Part shown: positions 30,352 through 38,604 of the stretch, piece after piece
Numbering within the stretch: position 1 is the first letter of the stretch
Layout: every line of letters starts with the position of its first letter
Virus record (IMG/VR): IMGVR_UViG_3300047477_000098
Coordinates: 1 to 62,712 of that record
Strand: one strand, 5' to 3'
DNA: 62,712 bases
Origin: a virus
Lineage: Duplodnaviria; Caudoviricetes
Position numbers and translations under genes: made by a program
The notes under the pieces: model-generated
What the model saw: only the letters and a program-made list of their open reading frames with translations
The model's database searches: none
What the model was told of the DNA's origin: nothing

Positions 30352-30547
30352 CGGACAGGTCAATTGGTCTCAAGGATATTATAAATGGCAGTCATCTGCT
30401 TGTTCAAACTTACAGAAGTTTCACAATCCTCTGAATGGACTTAATAAGATACCAGATAGATTGGTGATTGAGTTTGATTTGATTACCATTCCAAAGAAGC
30501 GTAAACCTATGAGAATAATGAAAGGTAGAAGATGGGCCCAGCGATAA
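30332..30547 (+). CDS. Micro-protein in the capsid-fragment array
   Basis: GTG start with GAGG RBS; IPDRLVIEFDLITIPKKRK weakly gp23-like. Confidence 0.5.
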   Translation: MFLNLNNGQVNWSQGYYKWQSSACSNLQKFHNPLNGLNKIPDRLVIEFDLITIPKKRKPMRIMKGRRWAQR

Positions 30548-30717
30548 TATACATGCCGTATCTGCCTCTATTTGTTCAAAAAACACTTGGTTCAGGTTCC
30601 GATAGAACTATGGTATGTGTTAAGTTTGGATCAGAAATATTGCACATTGATCTTGACTCACAGATTATAAAATTCAAATCGAATAGGACATACGGGAATC
30701 CATGGAAGAGAAAATGA
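30532..30717 (+). CDS. Micro-protein: gp23 YxPY motif plus DR-module
   Basis: AIIYMPYLPL (cf. gp23 G(I/L)(Y/F)Y(A/C)PY(V/I)(P/A)L), then SDRTMVCVKFGSEIL. Confidence 0.65.
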   Translation: MGPAIIYMPYLPLFVQKTLGSGSDRTMVCVKFGSEILHIDLDSQIIKFKSNRTYGNPWKRK

Positions 30718-30872
30718 GAGAATATGTTAAGAAGTATCAGATCAAGAATCTGAGATATTCTACGGACAGAACTAATATAAGAATATTGCTAGGTGATGAT
30801 GTGTTGGAATGTACAGAATCTAAACACCTATTCTTAAACCTAAGTTTTGATTTCACTGGGAGATGGAAATGA
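30714..30872 (+). CDS. 52-aa micro-protein with DR-module (not in ORF track)
   Basis: MREYVKKYQIKNLRYSTDRTNIRILLGDDVLECTESKHLFLNLSFDFTGRWK; ATGA overlaps at both ends. Confidence 0.6.
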   Translation: MREYVKKYQIKNLRYSTDRTNIRILLGDDVLECTESKHLFLNLSFDFTGRWK

Positions 30873-31360
30873 TAGGATTGATTGCTGCTGTTGCCAAGAA
30901 TAATGTTATCGGTGGAAACAATAACATACCGTGGAGTTGTCCAAATGATTTGCAATTCTTCAAAAGGATAACAACTGGTTCGAATGTGATCATGGGTAGA
31001 AAGACTTTCGATTCTTTAGGAAGACCTCTACCAAATAGAACTAACATAGTGATCTCCAGAAGTGAACCTGACGAATGTCCAGCAAATGTTTTGTACGCCT
31101 ATTCGTTAGAAAATGCTCTTGAGATTATTAGTTTACTTTCTAACTATAGGGATGCATGGATAATTGGAGGCTCTCAGATTTACAAGGAAGCTTTGACACA
31201 AGAACTCCCAGACAAAATATTAATATCCAGAATGAATTTTGAAGCTGATGGTGATGTTCTCTTTCCTGAGATACCATCAAGTTATCATGTAACTGACATT
31301 ATGAACATTGATCCAGAGTTCTCTGTTTATAGATATGATCGGTTGCACACGCAAAAGTAA
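30869..31360 (+). CDS. frd: Dihydrofolate reductase
   Basis: IAAVAKNNVIG, IPW, DLQFFK, IMGRKTF, PLPNR, IIGG. Confidence 0.96.
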   Translation: MIGLIAAVAKNNVIGGNNNIPWSCPNDLQFFKRITTGSNVIMGRKTFDSLGRPLPNRTNIVISRSEPDECPANVLYAYSLENALEIISLLSNYRDAWIIGGSQIYKEALTQELPDKILISRMNFEADGDVLFPEIPSSYHVTDIMNIDPEFSVYRYDRLHTQK

Positions 31361-31371
31361 AATGCTATAAT
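31343..31371 (+). promoter_or_regulatory. Sigma70-type promoter with conserved spacer
   Basis: TTGCAC-17nt(acgcaaaagtaaaatgc)-TATAAT. Confidence 0.75.
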
Positions 31372-31378
31372 TATAAAA

Positions 31379-31897
31379 ATGAGAACACTAATGGATAATA
31401 ACACTCTGGTCATCGAACCAGAAAAACACGGCTTCACAAAAGAAGCTGTAGTAATTACAGCTAAGGGTAAACGATCAATTCAAGATGTCCAAAGAGGTGA
31501 CTTTGTGTTGACTCACAAAAACCGCTTTAAGAAGGTCTACAAGACTTCTAAGGACATCAACACGACTACAGTTCATACCATTCGCGCAGTCGGCTTAGAA
31601 CCCCTCCAAACGACAGCTGGACAGATGTTCTTGACCAAGAAGTCTATTGTGGATTCTCCAGCTTGGGTTGAAGCTAGAAATATTGAAACTGATTGGTATA
31701 TCGGTGTGCCTGATAAGGTTGACTTTGAATTAGTTGATCCGAAAGCTTACATCGACCAAATGATTTGGATTAAAGTTAAGTATAGTAAAGGATCTGATAA
31801 GAATCATTCTACAACTTATACTTTATCTGTTGAAGATGATGAATCCTTTATAGTCAATTGCTATCCAGCATTTACGGAGGACACATGGAAGAAATAA
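31379..31897 (+). CDS. Stand-alone Hint (intein-like) domain lacking catalytic termini
   Basis: GFTKEAVVITAKGKRSIQDVQRGDFVLTH (block A, Gly at Cys1), TTAGQMF (block B without His), TYTLSVEDDESFIVN (block F), no terminal HN. Confidence 0.75.
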   Translation: MRTLMDNNTLVIEPEKHGFTKEAVVITAKGKRSIQDVQRGDFVLTHKNRFKKVYKTSKDINTTTVHTIRAVGLEPLQTTAGQMFLTKKSIVDSPAWVEARNIETDWYIGVPDKVDFELVDPKAYIDQMIWIKVKYSKGSDKNHSTTYTLSVEDDESFIVNCYPAFTEDTWKK

Positions 31898-33279
31898 AGT
31901 TTTGGCAAGCACCTACTATGGCAGATGTTCATGAGGGTGAAGAAAAGAATCTATTTACCCATGTGTCATTATTCGCTGGTCTTGGTGGTTCATCGACAGG
32001 CATGAGACTTGCTGGTGCACACACTCTTGGGATTTCAGAATTTATTGATTATAGAAATGACATCTATGGTAGAAATTATCCTAAGTGTCAAATCTGGAAT
32101 GAAGATATTCGTGAACTCTCTGGTGATGAGATTCTCCGACGCATTGGATTGAAGAAAGGCGAACTTGACCTTTTAGATGGATCTCCTCCTTGTTCTGATT
32201 TCTCTACCAATAATATGGGCAAGAGAGAGAAGCAATGGGGTAATGAGAAGAAGTATTCCAATAAGCGCCAAAGAGTTGATGACCTGTTTTATGAGTTCGC
32301 AAGAGTTCTAAAGGAAGTCCAACCAAAAGTCTTTGTTGCTGAGAATGTGAAAGGATTAACGGTAGGTAATGCTAAAACTATTTTGGGAGATCGAAGCAAA
32401 AGTCTTTCATCACTCATGGATATTGAGGAAGAAGATGAAGTATCAGATCTTACCAAGTTTAATGGAAAAGATGAAACGATTGTTGAAACCCTAAGAGCGT
32501 GTGGTTATAAGGTATCTTACCAAGTAATGAACTGTGCTCATTATGGTATACCTCAAATCAGAGAGCGTCTCATTTTCATCGGCATTCGTAATGATCTTCC
32601 TTACTCTCCAAGTTTTCCAAAACCATTTACAAAGACCAAGCAGATAATTGGAAAAGATGCTATTGGAAACTTCTTGTTTAACGGTGGTAATGTTGTTCTA
32701 AATCCTGAGACGATGACCTATAGGTATGTTAAGGAATACTTCCCTCCACATACAACTAAACTACAAGTCCTAAACAAAATGAAGGATGAGAAGTTTGGAA
32801 CTTATGCTCATCGCTACCACAGAGATAATTGGGATAAAGTCTTTTACACCATAGTTGCACAAGACGGAAACAATGTCATCCACTCTTTGGTTGATAGATA
32901 TTTCTCAGTCTGTGAGGCTAAGAAGATTCAAGGCTTTCCAGATGATTTCAATGATGGTCTCCCTCCTTTCAAGAGAATAAAGGTATCTGCAAGTGATTTA
33001 ATCAATCCAGATTTTTATTCAAAACTTAACTACAAATGGAAAGACCAAGGTCATGCTTGTGGTGATGTTAAGAATCTCATTGAACTCGGAAGATGGAAAT
33101 GGGATGATATGAAAGATCAGAAGATATTCGACTTAGATTTGGAAACTGAATATGATAAGACTCAAAAATATCTACACAGTTCTAAGTCGTGGGAGAATCT
33201 TGGAAGAGCTGTCCCGCCACTGCTTTATAAAGCAGTTGGGGAACACATCTATGAGAATGTCCTTAAACATCTGAAGTAA
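31885..33279 (+). CDS. C5-cytosine DNA methyltransferase family, predicted carboxymethyltransferase
   Basis: FAGLGG, EDI, GSPPC, ENV, QIRER; motif X is LGRAVPP instead of GNAVPP; GGAGG RBS. Confidence 0.9.
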   Translation: MEEIKFWQAPTMADVHEGEEKNLFTHVSLFAGLGGSSTGMRLAGAHTLGISEFIDYRNDIYGRNYPKCQIWNEDIRELSGDEILRRIGLKKGELDLLDGSPPCSDFSTNNMGKREKQWGNEKKYSNKRQRVDDLFYEFARVLKEVQPKVFVAENVKGLTVGNAKTILGDRSKSLSSLMDIEEEDEVSDLTKFNGKDETIVETLRACGYKVSYQVMNCAHYGIPQIRERLIFIGIRNDLPYSPSFPKPFTKTKQIIGKDAIGNFLFNGGNVVLNPETMTYRYVKEYFPPHTTKLQVLNKMKDEKFGTYAHRYHRDNWDKVFYTIVAQDGNNVIHSLVDRYFSVCEAKKIQGFPDDFNDGLPPFKRIKVSASDLINPDFYSKLNYKWKDQGHACGDVKNLIELGRWKWDDMKDQKIFDLDLETEYDKTQKYLHSSKSWENLGRAVPPLLYKAVGEHIYENVLKHLK

Positions 33280-33289
33280 ATCCGTCATT

Positions 33290-33329
33290 TCCTGGACCTC
33301 TAAATATTAGAAATAATATGAGGTCAGGA
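33290..33329 (+). promoter_or_regulatory. RBS-sequestering hairpin containing a late promoter
   Basis: tcctggacctc-taa-atatta-gaaa-taatat-gaggtcagga; TAAATA at 33301; SD GAGGT in the 3' arm. Confidence 0.65.
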
Positions 33330-33331
33330 TT

Positions 33332-34243
33332 ATGGATGCAAAGTTTATTTCGGATTATAAAGACTTGTTGGAATCAATCATACTAAAGCAGTGTGAAGGA
33401 AAGAAGAATATCGCTGTTGCACTTTCGGGTGGTATCGACAGCGCACATCTTTTGTTCGCATTGCTTTCTTTGGGAAAGTCTGTAAGAACATATTCTCTAC
33501 ACAGAGAAGGAATTATATCAACAGATTATAGATTATCTGAAAAGAATAGTAAGATTCTAAACATTCCTTTTACAGAAGTTATTCTTCCAAATAAATTGGA
33601 TATTAAGAGATTGATCCACATCATGAAGGACCACGAGTTAAAAAATAAAGCTGCTGTCGAATGTACATATACTATGGATTTTGTGTGGGAAGCTATGCAG
33701 AAAGACGGTATTGATTGTGCATTCTCAGGAGTTGGACAAGATAATTATTTTGGAACTACAAAGAAAGCAAGCATCCATTACAGTCAGACACTTGATCTAA
33801 ACCAAGAGTTTAGGAAGATGTCATTCGACCATTTCGATTATGACAACACTGGCGTTTGGGGAATGGGAAAACAGCCAACAGTATGGACAGAACTTGCAAA
33901 AGAGCGTGGTATAAAATTAGTTGCTCCTGCTTATGATAGGGCGGTGTATGAGTTCTTCTATCCAGTACCATGGAAGACTATGAATACTCCTAAGCAGAAG
34001 TATCCTTGCTGGGCAATCTATCCAGAATATGTTAACAAATGTTCTCTGGAAAAACATTCCGATCTTCAATGTGGTGATACTCAAATACGAGAATTGTTTG
34101 AACCACTTTTGAAAGATCCTTCCATCAATACGAAAGGAAGAACTAGAATGTTGGATATGTTTAGGGATTGGCAAGATAGACTTTGCGGACCAGAAGAAGT
34201 AAAGATAAACAAAAAGTACAGTCATATAATTGAAGAGGATTGA
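33332..34243 (+). CDS. Asparagine-synthetase-like ATP-dependent amide ligase (no glutaminase domain)
   Basis: PP-loop ALSGGIDS, FSGVGQDNYFG, LQCG. Confidence 0.85.
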   Translation: MDAKFISDYKDLLESIILKQCEGKKNIAVALSGGIDSAHLLFALLSLGKSVRTYSLHREGIISTDYRLSEKNSKILNIPFTEVILPNKLDIKRLIHIMKDHELKNKAAVECTYTMDFVWEAMQKDGIDCAFSGVGQDNYFGTTKKASIHYSQTLDLNQEFRKMSFDHFDYDNTGVWGMGKQPTVWTELAKERGIKLVAPAYDRAVYEFFYPVPWKTMNTPKQKYPCWAIYPEYVNKCSLEKHSDLQCGDTQIRELFEPLLKDPSINTKGRTRMLDMFRDWQDRLCGPEEVKINKKYSHIIEED

Positions 34244-34588
34244 ATGTCAAAGATTTTAGTTGTATCTGCTCCATCAGATGACCACCACGAAACTTGGGTG
34301 GTTGATAAGAAAGAAATGAATCATATCTACAAAATATTTGGTTGCAATAGATGGGAAGAGCTTGAGGATTGTGAAGTGGAAGAGCTTGGCGATTCCTTTG
34401 TTAAAAAGATCGGTAAGCGTCTTGGTAAAGAACCAACAGTTCTGGAAGATGTTTATGAATACTTTAAGCAGATAATTGCGGATGATAGCATTACACTTAC
34501 TCAGTTCTCACATGATGTAGTGGAATGTATCAATACTGATAGAGGTTCTTGGTCGTCACATGTTTGGGTTAAAACGAAAGGTAATTAA
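34244..34588 (+). CDS. Hypothetical protein
   Basis: ORF abutting neighbours, GAGG RBS. Confidence 0.6.
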   Translation: MSKILVVSAPSDDHHETWVVDKKEMNHIYKIFGCNRWEELEDCEVEELGDSFVKKIGKRLGKEPTVLEDVYEYFKQIIADDSITLTQFSHDVVECINTDRGSWSSHVWVKTKGN

Positions 34589-35736
34589 TGAAAATTGGAT
34601 TGGTTAGAGAGCAGAGTAATACTCCCGGAATGGGATCACTCTTTATAAATTACGATGGTGCAGCGAACATAGAGACTCCGGGATTTCGGGGTCTTTCTCA
34701 TCTGTGGGAGCATTGTGCTTGTCACTCTTATGACTCCTTACAAGAGAGACTAATGGCAGCTGGTATTGTAGCAAATGCTATGACCTCTGACCGGAATGTA
34801 GTTTTCTATTGGATGGGATTGGATGAGAAGATTGAAGAATTCCAGAAGGAATTGCTGGATCTAATCTACTACATTCCCACTAAGGAAGAGTTTGAGAATG
34901 AGAAGAAGATCGTTATGCAGGAGTATGAAGATTATGTCTCGAAGCAGAACTTCGTATTCTCCAACATCATGCGTAAGTATTTCGATTACTTCGGTCCTAT
35001 TGGCTACAGAGATGATATTGTGAATATCACTTATACAGACTTCCTATGTTTTGTAAATAAGAACTTCTCTATTCCAACATCTATTGTTCGCATTGGTAAT
35101 TCTGAAACCATTGTCGAACTTACTAAGGATATTCAGTTCCAGACTGCTGCTGATCCAATCCCTCTAAATGAGTTGGCAACAGGAATCCTGACACACGTTG
35201 AGAATCCTTCTAAGTTTCCAACATCAACTTTGATTGCGGACTGGGCAACATTCTTCACAGATGAACTGTCAGTACAAGATGTTAAGTTGATTAACGCACT
35301 GTTCTCAAAGGGGCTTAGTTCTCCATTCTATCAAGAGATTCGTGAGAAGCGCGGACTTGTATACCATTGTGGAACCGATATTGAATTGGTGGATGCAGAG
35401 ACTTACGTTTGGTTCTTCTATGCTGGATGTACCGAGATGTCTATGGTCGAAGTTCGTTCTGTAATGAAGGACATTGTCAGTAATTACAAAGACTATATAA
35501 CTACCGAAAGATTTGAATCAGTGGTTGAATTATATAGAAATAATGCGAAGATGTCAAAGATCGGGAATCATGGTCATTCTTACATTAACAAGTTTTTTGT
35601 TAATGAGACTGAGATCCTTGATGAAGAATATCTAAATGGATTAGATTATAATGAATTCCAAAAGAGCCTTGAGTTCTTCAAAAACTCTATGGAATTCCTA
35701 CATGAAGCGCATAATGGTCCGGAGCTTAGTATATGA
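34588..35736 (+). CDS. M16 (insulinase) family zinc metallopeptidase
   Basis: GLSHLWEH (HxxEH), NAMT, EKKIVMQE, SPFYQEIREKRGLVY. Confidence 0.9.
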   Translation: MKIGLVREQSNTPGMGSLFINYDGAANIETPGFRGLSHLWEHCACHSYDSLQERLMAAGIVANAMTSDRNVVFYWMGLDEKIEEFQKELLDLIYYIPTKEEFENEKKIVMQEYEDYVSKQNFVFSNIMRKYFDYFGPIGYRDDIVNITYTDFLCFVNKNFSIPTSIVRIGNSETIVELTKDIQFQTAADPIPLNELATGILTHVENPSKFPTSTLIADWATFFTDELSVQDVKLINALFSKGLSSPFYQEIREKRGLVYHCGTDIELVDAETYVWFFYAGCTEMSMVEVRSVMKDIVSNYKDYITTERFESVVELYRNNAKMSKIGNHGHSYINKFFVNETEILDEEYLNGLDYNEFQKSLEFFKNSMEFLHEAHNGPELSI

Positions 35737-36422
35737 TAGAACCTGTAAAGGAATTTGCTTTCACAACAGTGGAGAACTTTGATGAACATATCGACATTTC
35801 AATACCGAATTACTCTTTTCTTGCTAACCAATGCAAGCAATATTCAGACTATTTTATCCGAGAGCACACTAATGTTGTTGACCTCGGCTGTTCTTCGGGC
35901 AAGTTCCTAAACAGTTTAAAAACAGTTCCGAATACTAACTACTACGGTTATGATGTAGCAGATAATCTGTTCCTCAAACCAAATGAGAATGTTCAGCTTT
36001 TGAAGCGTGACTTGGTCGAACTTGCAGATTCTACTCATTGTAGGTCTCCTCATTCAGAATGCTTCCCACAAGACATCAGTTTTGCCATCTCCCTCTTCAC
36101 CCTTCAGTTCCTTCCTCCAATCAAACGGAAAGAAGTCATTGCTGCCGTTGGTGACCACATGGTTAAAGGTGGAGCATTCATTTCCTGTGAGAAGATTTAT
36201 TCTACAGATGCTAAGTTGCAGGACGTAACTAACAGCATCTACTACGAGTTTAAGAATAAGTCATTCACTGGTGATCAGATCCTTAGCAAGGAACGTGATC
36301 TCAGAAGAATTATGACTCCTCAAAGTCTTGCCGATAGCATGAAACAATTGGAATGTATTGGTAAACCGAATCTATTCTTCATGTCCTATAACTTTGTAGG
36401 CATCATAGTAATAAAGGAATAA
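35733..36422 (+). CDS. cmoA: CmoA-like carboxy-S-adenosylmethionine synthase
   Basis: FDEHIDISIPNY, DLGCSSG, FTLQFL, GGAFISCEK, FK...ILSKERDL; CmoA-family pattern. Confidence 0.82.
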   Translation: MIEPVKEFAFTTVENFDEHIDISIPNYSFLANQCKQYSDYFIREHTNVVDLGCSSGKFLNSLKTVPNTNYYGYDVADNLFLKPNENVQLLKRDLVELADSTHCRSPHSECFPQDISFAISLFTLQFLPPIKRKEVIAAVGDHMVKGGAFISCEKIYSTDAKLQDVTNSIYYEFKNKSFTGDQILSKERDLRRIMTPQSLADSMKQLECIGKPNLFFMSYNFVGIIVIKE

Positions 36423-36423
36423 T

Positions 36424-36597
36424 ATGGCACAGTTCAGACTTGGCAGAGATGGGTATGAATTTGAACAGTTACATTCGAGTGCGTGCTGTATGCCAAATAT
36501 TGATGTTGAACAACCAAAGCCAAATGCTGACATAATCGACCGTCTAGATACTATAATTGAACTGTTACGAAAGTTAACAGATAGAGGAACAAAGTGA
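36424..36597 (+). CDS. 57-aa hypothetical protein (not in ORF track)
   Basis: AAGGA RBS; MAQFRLGRDG...LLRKLTDRGTK fills the gap before dUTPase. Confidence 0.55.
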   Translation: MAQFRLGRDGYEFEQLHSSACCMPNIDVEQPKPNADIIDRLDTIIELLRKLTDRGTK

Positions 36598-37157
36598 TGT
36601 ATATTGATACAATTTATGTGGACCTTCCACTCGAACTAAAAGCTATTCACAAAGATGCTGTAGTCCCAACTAAGGGATCCAAAGATGCCGCCTGTCATGA
36701 CCTGTCTTCTGTAGAAGCAAAAACTATTGGACCACATTCTACCGCAGTTGTAAAGACAGGGCTTAAGGTTGAATATATTGACAGTGCCTTTAAACTTCAC
36801 ATTTATTCTCGTTCTGGCCTTGCTGCTAAGAAAGGTGTATTTGTTTTGAACGCGCCTGGTGTTATCGACTCAGACTATCGCGGTGAGTTGATGGTCATTC
36901 TGCACAATTCTTCAGACATTCCGTTTGAGATTAGTGTTGGTGATAGAATCGCGCAGATTGCCGCCGAGGTTGCAGTTCAATCTGTATACCGTGTTCAAGC
37001 ATTTGAATCGAATGAATATCTGTGTTCTTCAAATGAGGAACGTATTCGTGGTGAAGGTGGACTTGGATCGACTGGAGTTTCTTTAGAACCGCTTACTGCT
37101 GATATACAGATTGTCACCGCTGAGGGAACTATTACTCCTTCACAGACGACTATTTAA
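36594..37157 (+). CDS. dut: Trimeric dUTPase
   Basis: ACHDL, SRSGLA, GVIDSDYRGE, GDRIAQ, RGEGGLGSTG. Confidence 0.95.
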   Translation: MMYIDTIYVDLPLELKAIHKDAVVPTKGSKDAACHDLSSVEAKTIGPHSTAVVKTGLKVEYIDSAFKLHIYSRSGLAAKKGVFVLNAPGVIDSDYRGELMVILHNSSDIPFEISVGDRIAQIAAEVAVQSVYRVQAFESNEYLCSSNEERIRGEGGLGSTGVSLEPLTADIQIVTAEGTITPSQTTI

Positions 37158-37162
37158 TACTG

Positions 37163-37191
37163 TTGTTGATACAAATTAAAATTGCTATAAT
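37163..37191 (+). promoter_or_regulatory. Sigma70-type promoter
   Basis: TTGTTG-17nt(atacaaattaaaattgc)-TATAAT upstream of sliding clamp. Confidence 0.72.
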
Positions 37192-37214
37192 TGAGAGATA
37201 CGAAAGGGAAACTA

Positions 37215-37961
37215 ATGAAAACCGTTAATTTTGATAAAAATGCTTTGAAGATTATTGCTGACCTGTCCAAGATCGTTAAGACCAAGGATGGAAACACTCC
37301 AATTAAGATTGTTAAGGATGCTGAAGGCATTCATGTCAAGGCAGCAAATGGATCAAAGACAATTCTATTTACTGTAGATGCACCAACCTCCGCCTTCGAG
37401 TTTGATGGCACCGAGATTTGCTTCTACAACTATGGAGAGTTCTTTGATTATTTCAACCTCTTCGAGGCACCTGTTATCTCTCAAGACCTTATCAATGAAG
37501 GTGAGTCTGAGGAAACAGAAGCAGTGATCATTACTCAGGGTAAGAGAAAGATTAACTATCCTCTCTCCGATGCAGAAGTGATCAAGGGTTCTTTGAAGAA
37601 AGTTTCTTGGGATGAGCCAGATACTTACTTTGATTTTAGTGCTGACCAGCTAGTTCATATCAAGAAGGTCATCGGTCTTCTTGGTGATAAGAACAACAAC
37701 ATCTCCTTCACCTTTAATGGTGACGAAGTTGGCGTGAAGGCTAAGACTAATATCAACAACAACTCCTTCGAGGACTCTTACGCTATCTCGTCTCCAGTAG
37801 ATGAGGAGTTCAAGATCACCATCTCTGATGAAGTGTTCAAGTATCTATTGAATGTTGACTACCGTGTTGAAGTGAAGTCTGAAGGACTTCTACGATTCTT
37901 CTTTGAGTCTGGAAGCATTGTTGCATCCATTCTCGTAACCGCAATTGATGAGGATAACTAA
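37215..37961 (+). CDS. gp45: Sliding clamp gp45-like
   Basis: Acidic ~250 aa, ALKIIADLSKI, FYNYGEF, DYRVEV; upstream of clamp loader. Confidence 0.7.
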   Translation: MKTVNFDKNALKIIADLSKIVKTKDGNTPIKIVKDAEGIHVKAANGSKTILFTVDAPTSAFEFDGTEICFYNYGEFFDYFNLFEAPVISQDLINEGESEETEAVIITQGKRKINYPLSDAEVIKGSLKKVSWDEPDTYFDFSADQLVHIKKVIGLLGDKNNNISFTFNGDEVGVKAKTNINNNSFEDSYAISSPVDEEFKITISDEVFKYLLNVDYRVEVKSEGLLRFFFESGSIVASILVTAIDEDN

Positions 37962-38593
37962 TGAGCGAAGAACTGAATACCGAAATTACAGAACTGCCAT
38001 TTACTGAAGTAGAGATGGTAGATGAAGTCGAAACAGATGCCGTAGAAAGTTTTGATTTTACTCAAGATTATTCTACGGTTAAGATCAACAAGGGTGATAC
38101 CTTCTTTGATGAGAATGGCAATGCTATTGACCCGAAGAGTATCAGCGTCTTTGAACGTCTGAAGCTTTTCGCAAAGCAGATGGGTCAGGAAGTCAACGAT
38201 CCTAATCCGAAGTGTAAGAAGTGTTATGGCCGTGGTTACACTGGCATTAACATTGATGGAGATATCCCTCAGCCTTGCAATTGCATTTACAAGAAGTTCT
38301 TTGCTGAGAATCCTGACTGGAGAGGACAGAGCATGCCCTCTTGGAACAGAGCCACAAAGAGAAATTACCAGAAGCGTCTTGGTAAGTACATCACCCTCCA
38401 AGCTGATGCTATGAACAAGAAGTACTCTGCAGAAGAGAAGTCAAAAGCTAATCTTGGAAAGAACACTCCAGACTTTGAAGAGCGTAAAGCACTTCGTCTG
38501 GCAGCCTTCCAGGAAGCAGAAAGACTCGAAGCTCTGAAGCATGAGATTGTTCCTGAGATTGAGACTGAAGAAGTCGTAGCAGAGATTGCATAG
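37961..38593 (+). CDS. Zn-finger hypothetical protein
   Basis: CKKCYGRGY...PCNC. Confidence 0.65.
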   Translation: MSEELNTEITELPFTEVEMVDEVETDAVESFDFTQDYSTVKINKGDTFFDENGNAIDPKSISVFERLKLFAKQMGQEVNDPNPKCKKCYGRGYTGINIDGDIPQPCNCIYKKFFAENPDWRGQSMPSWNRATKRNYQKRLGKYITLQADAMNKKYSAEEKSKANLGKNTPDFEERKALRLAAFQEAERLEALKHEIVPEIETEEVVAEIA

Positions 38594-38604
38594 AAAGAAA
38601 CCAA

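Noticed and set aside
29377-30872. A single decayed major capsid pseudogene
   Set aside because: Fragments are out of order, interleaved with a repeated non-capsid module and a SLOG gene, and have coupled starts and stops
31379-31897. Active or split intein splicing into the methyltransferase
   Set aside because: No Cys/Ser1 or terminal Asn, and the methyltransferase is complete with its own RBS in another frame
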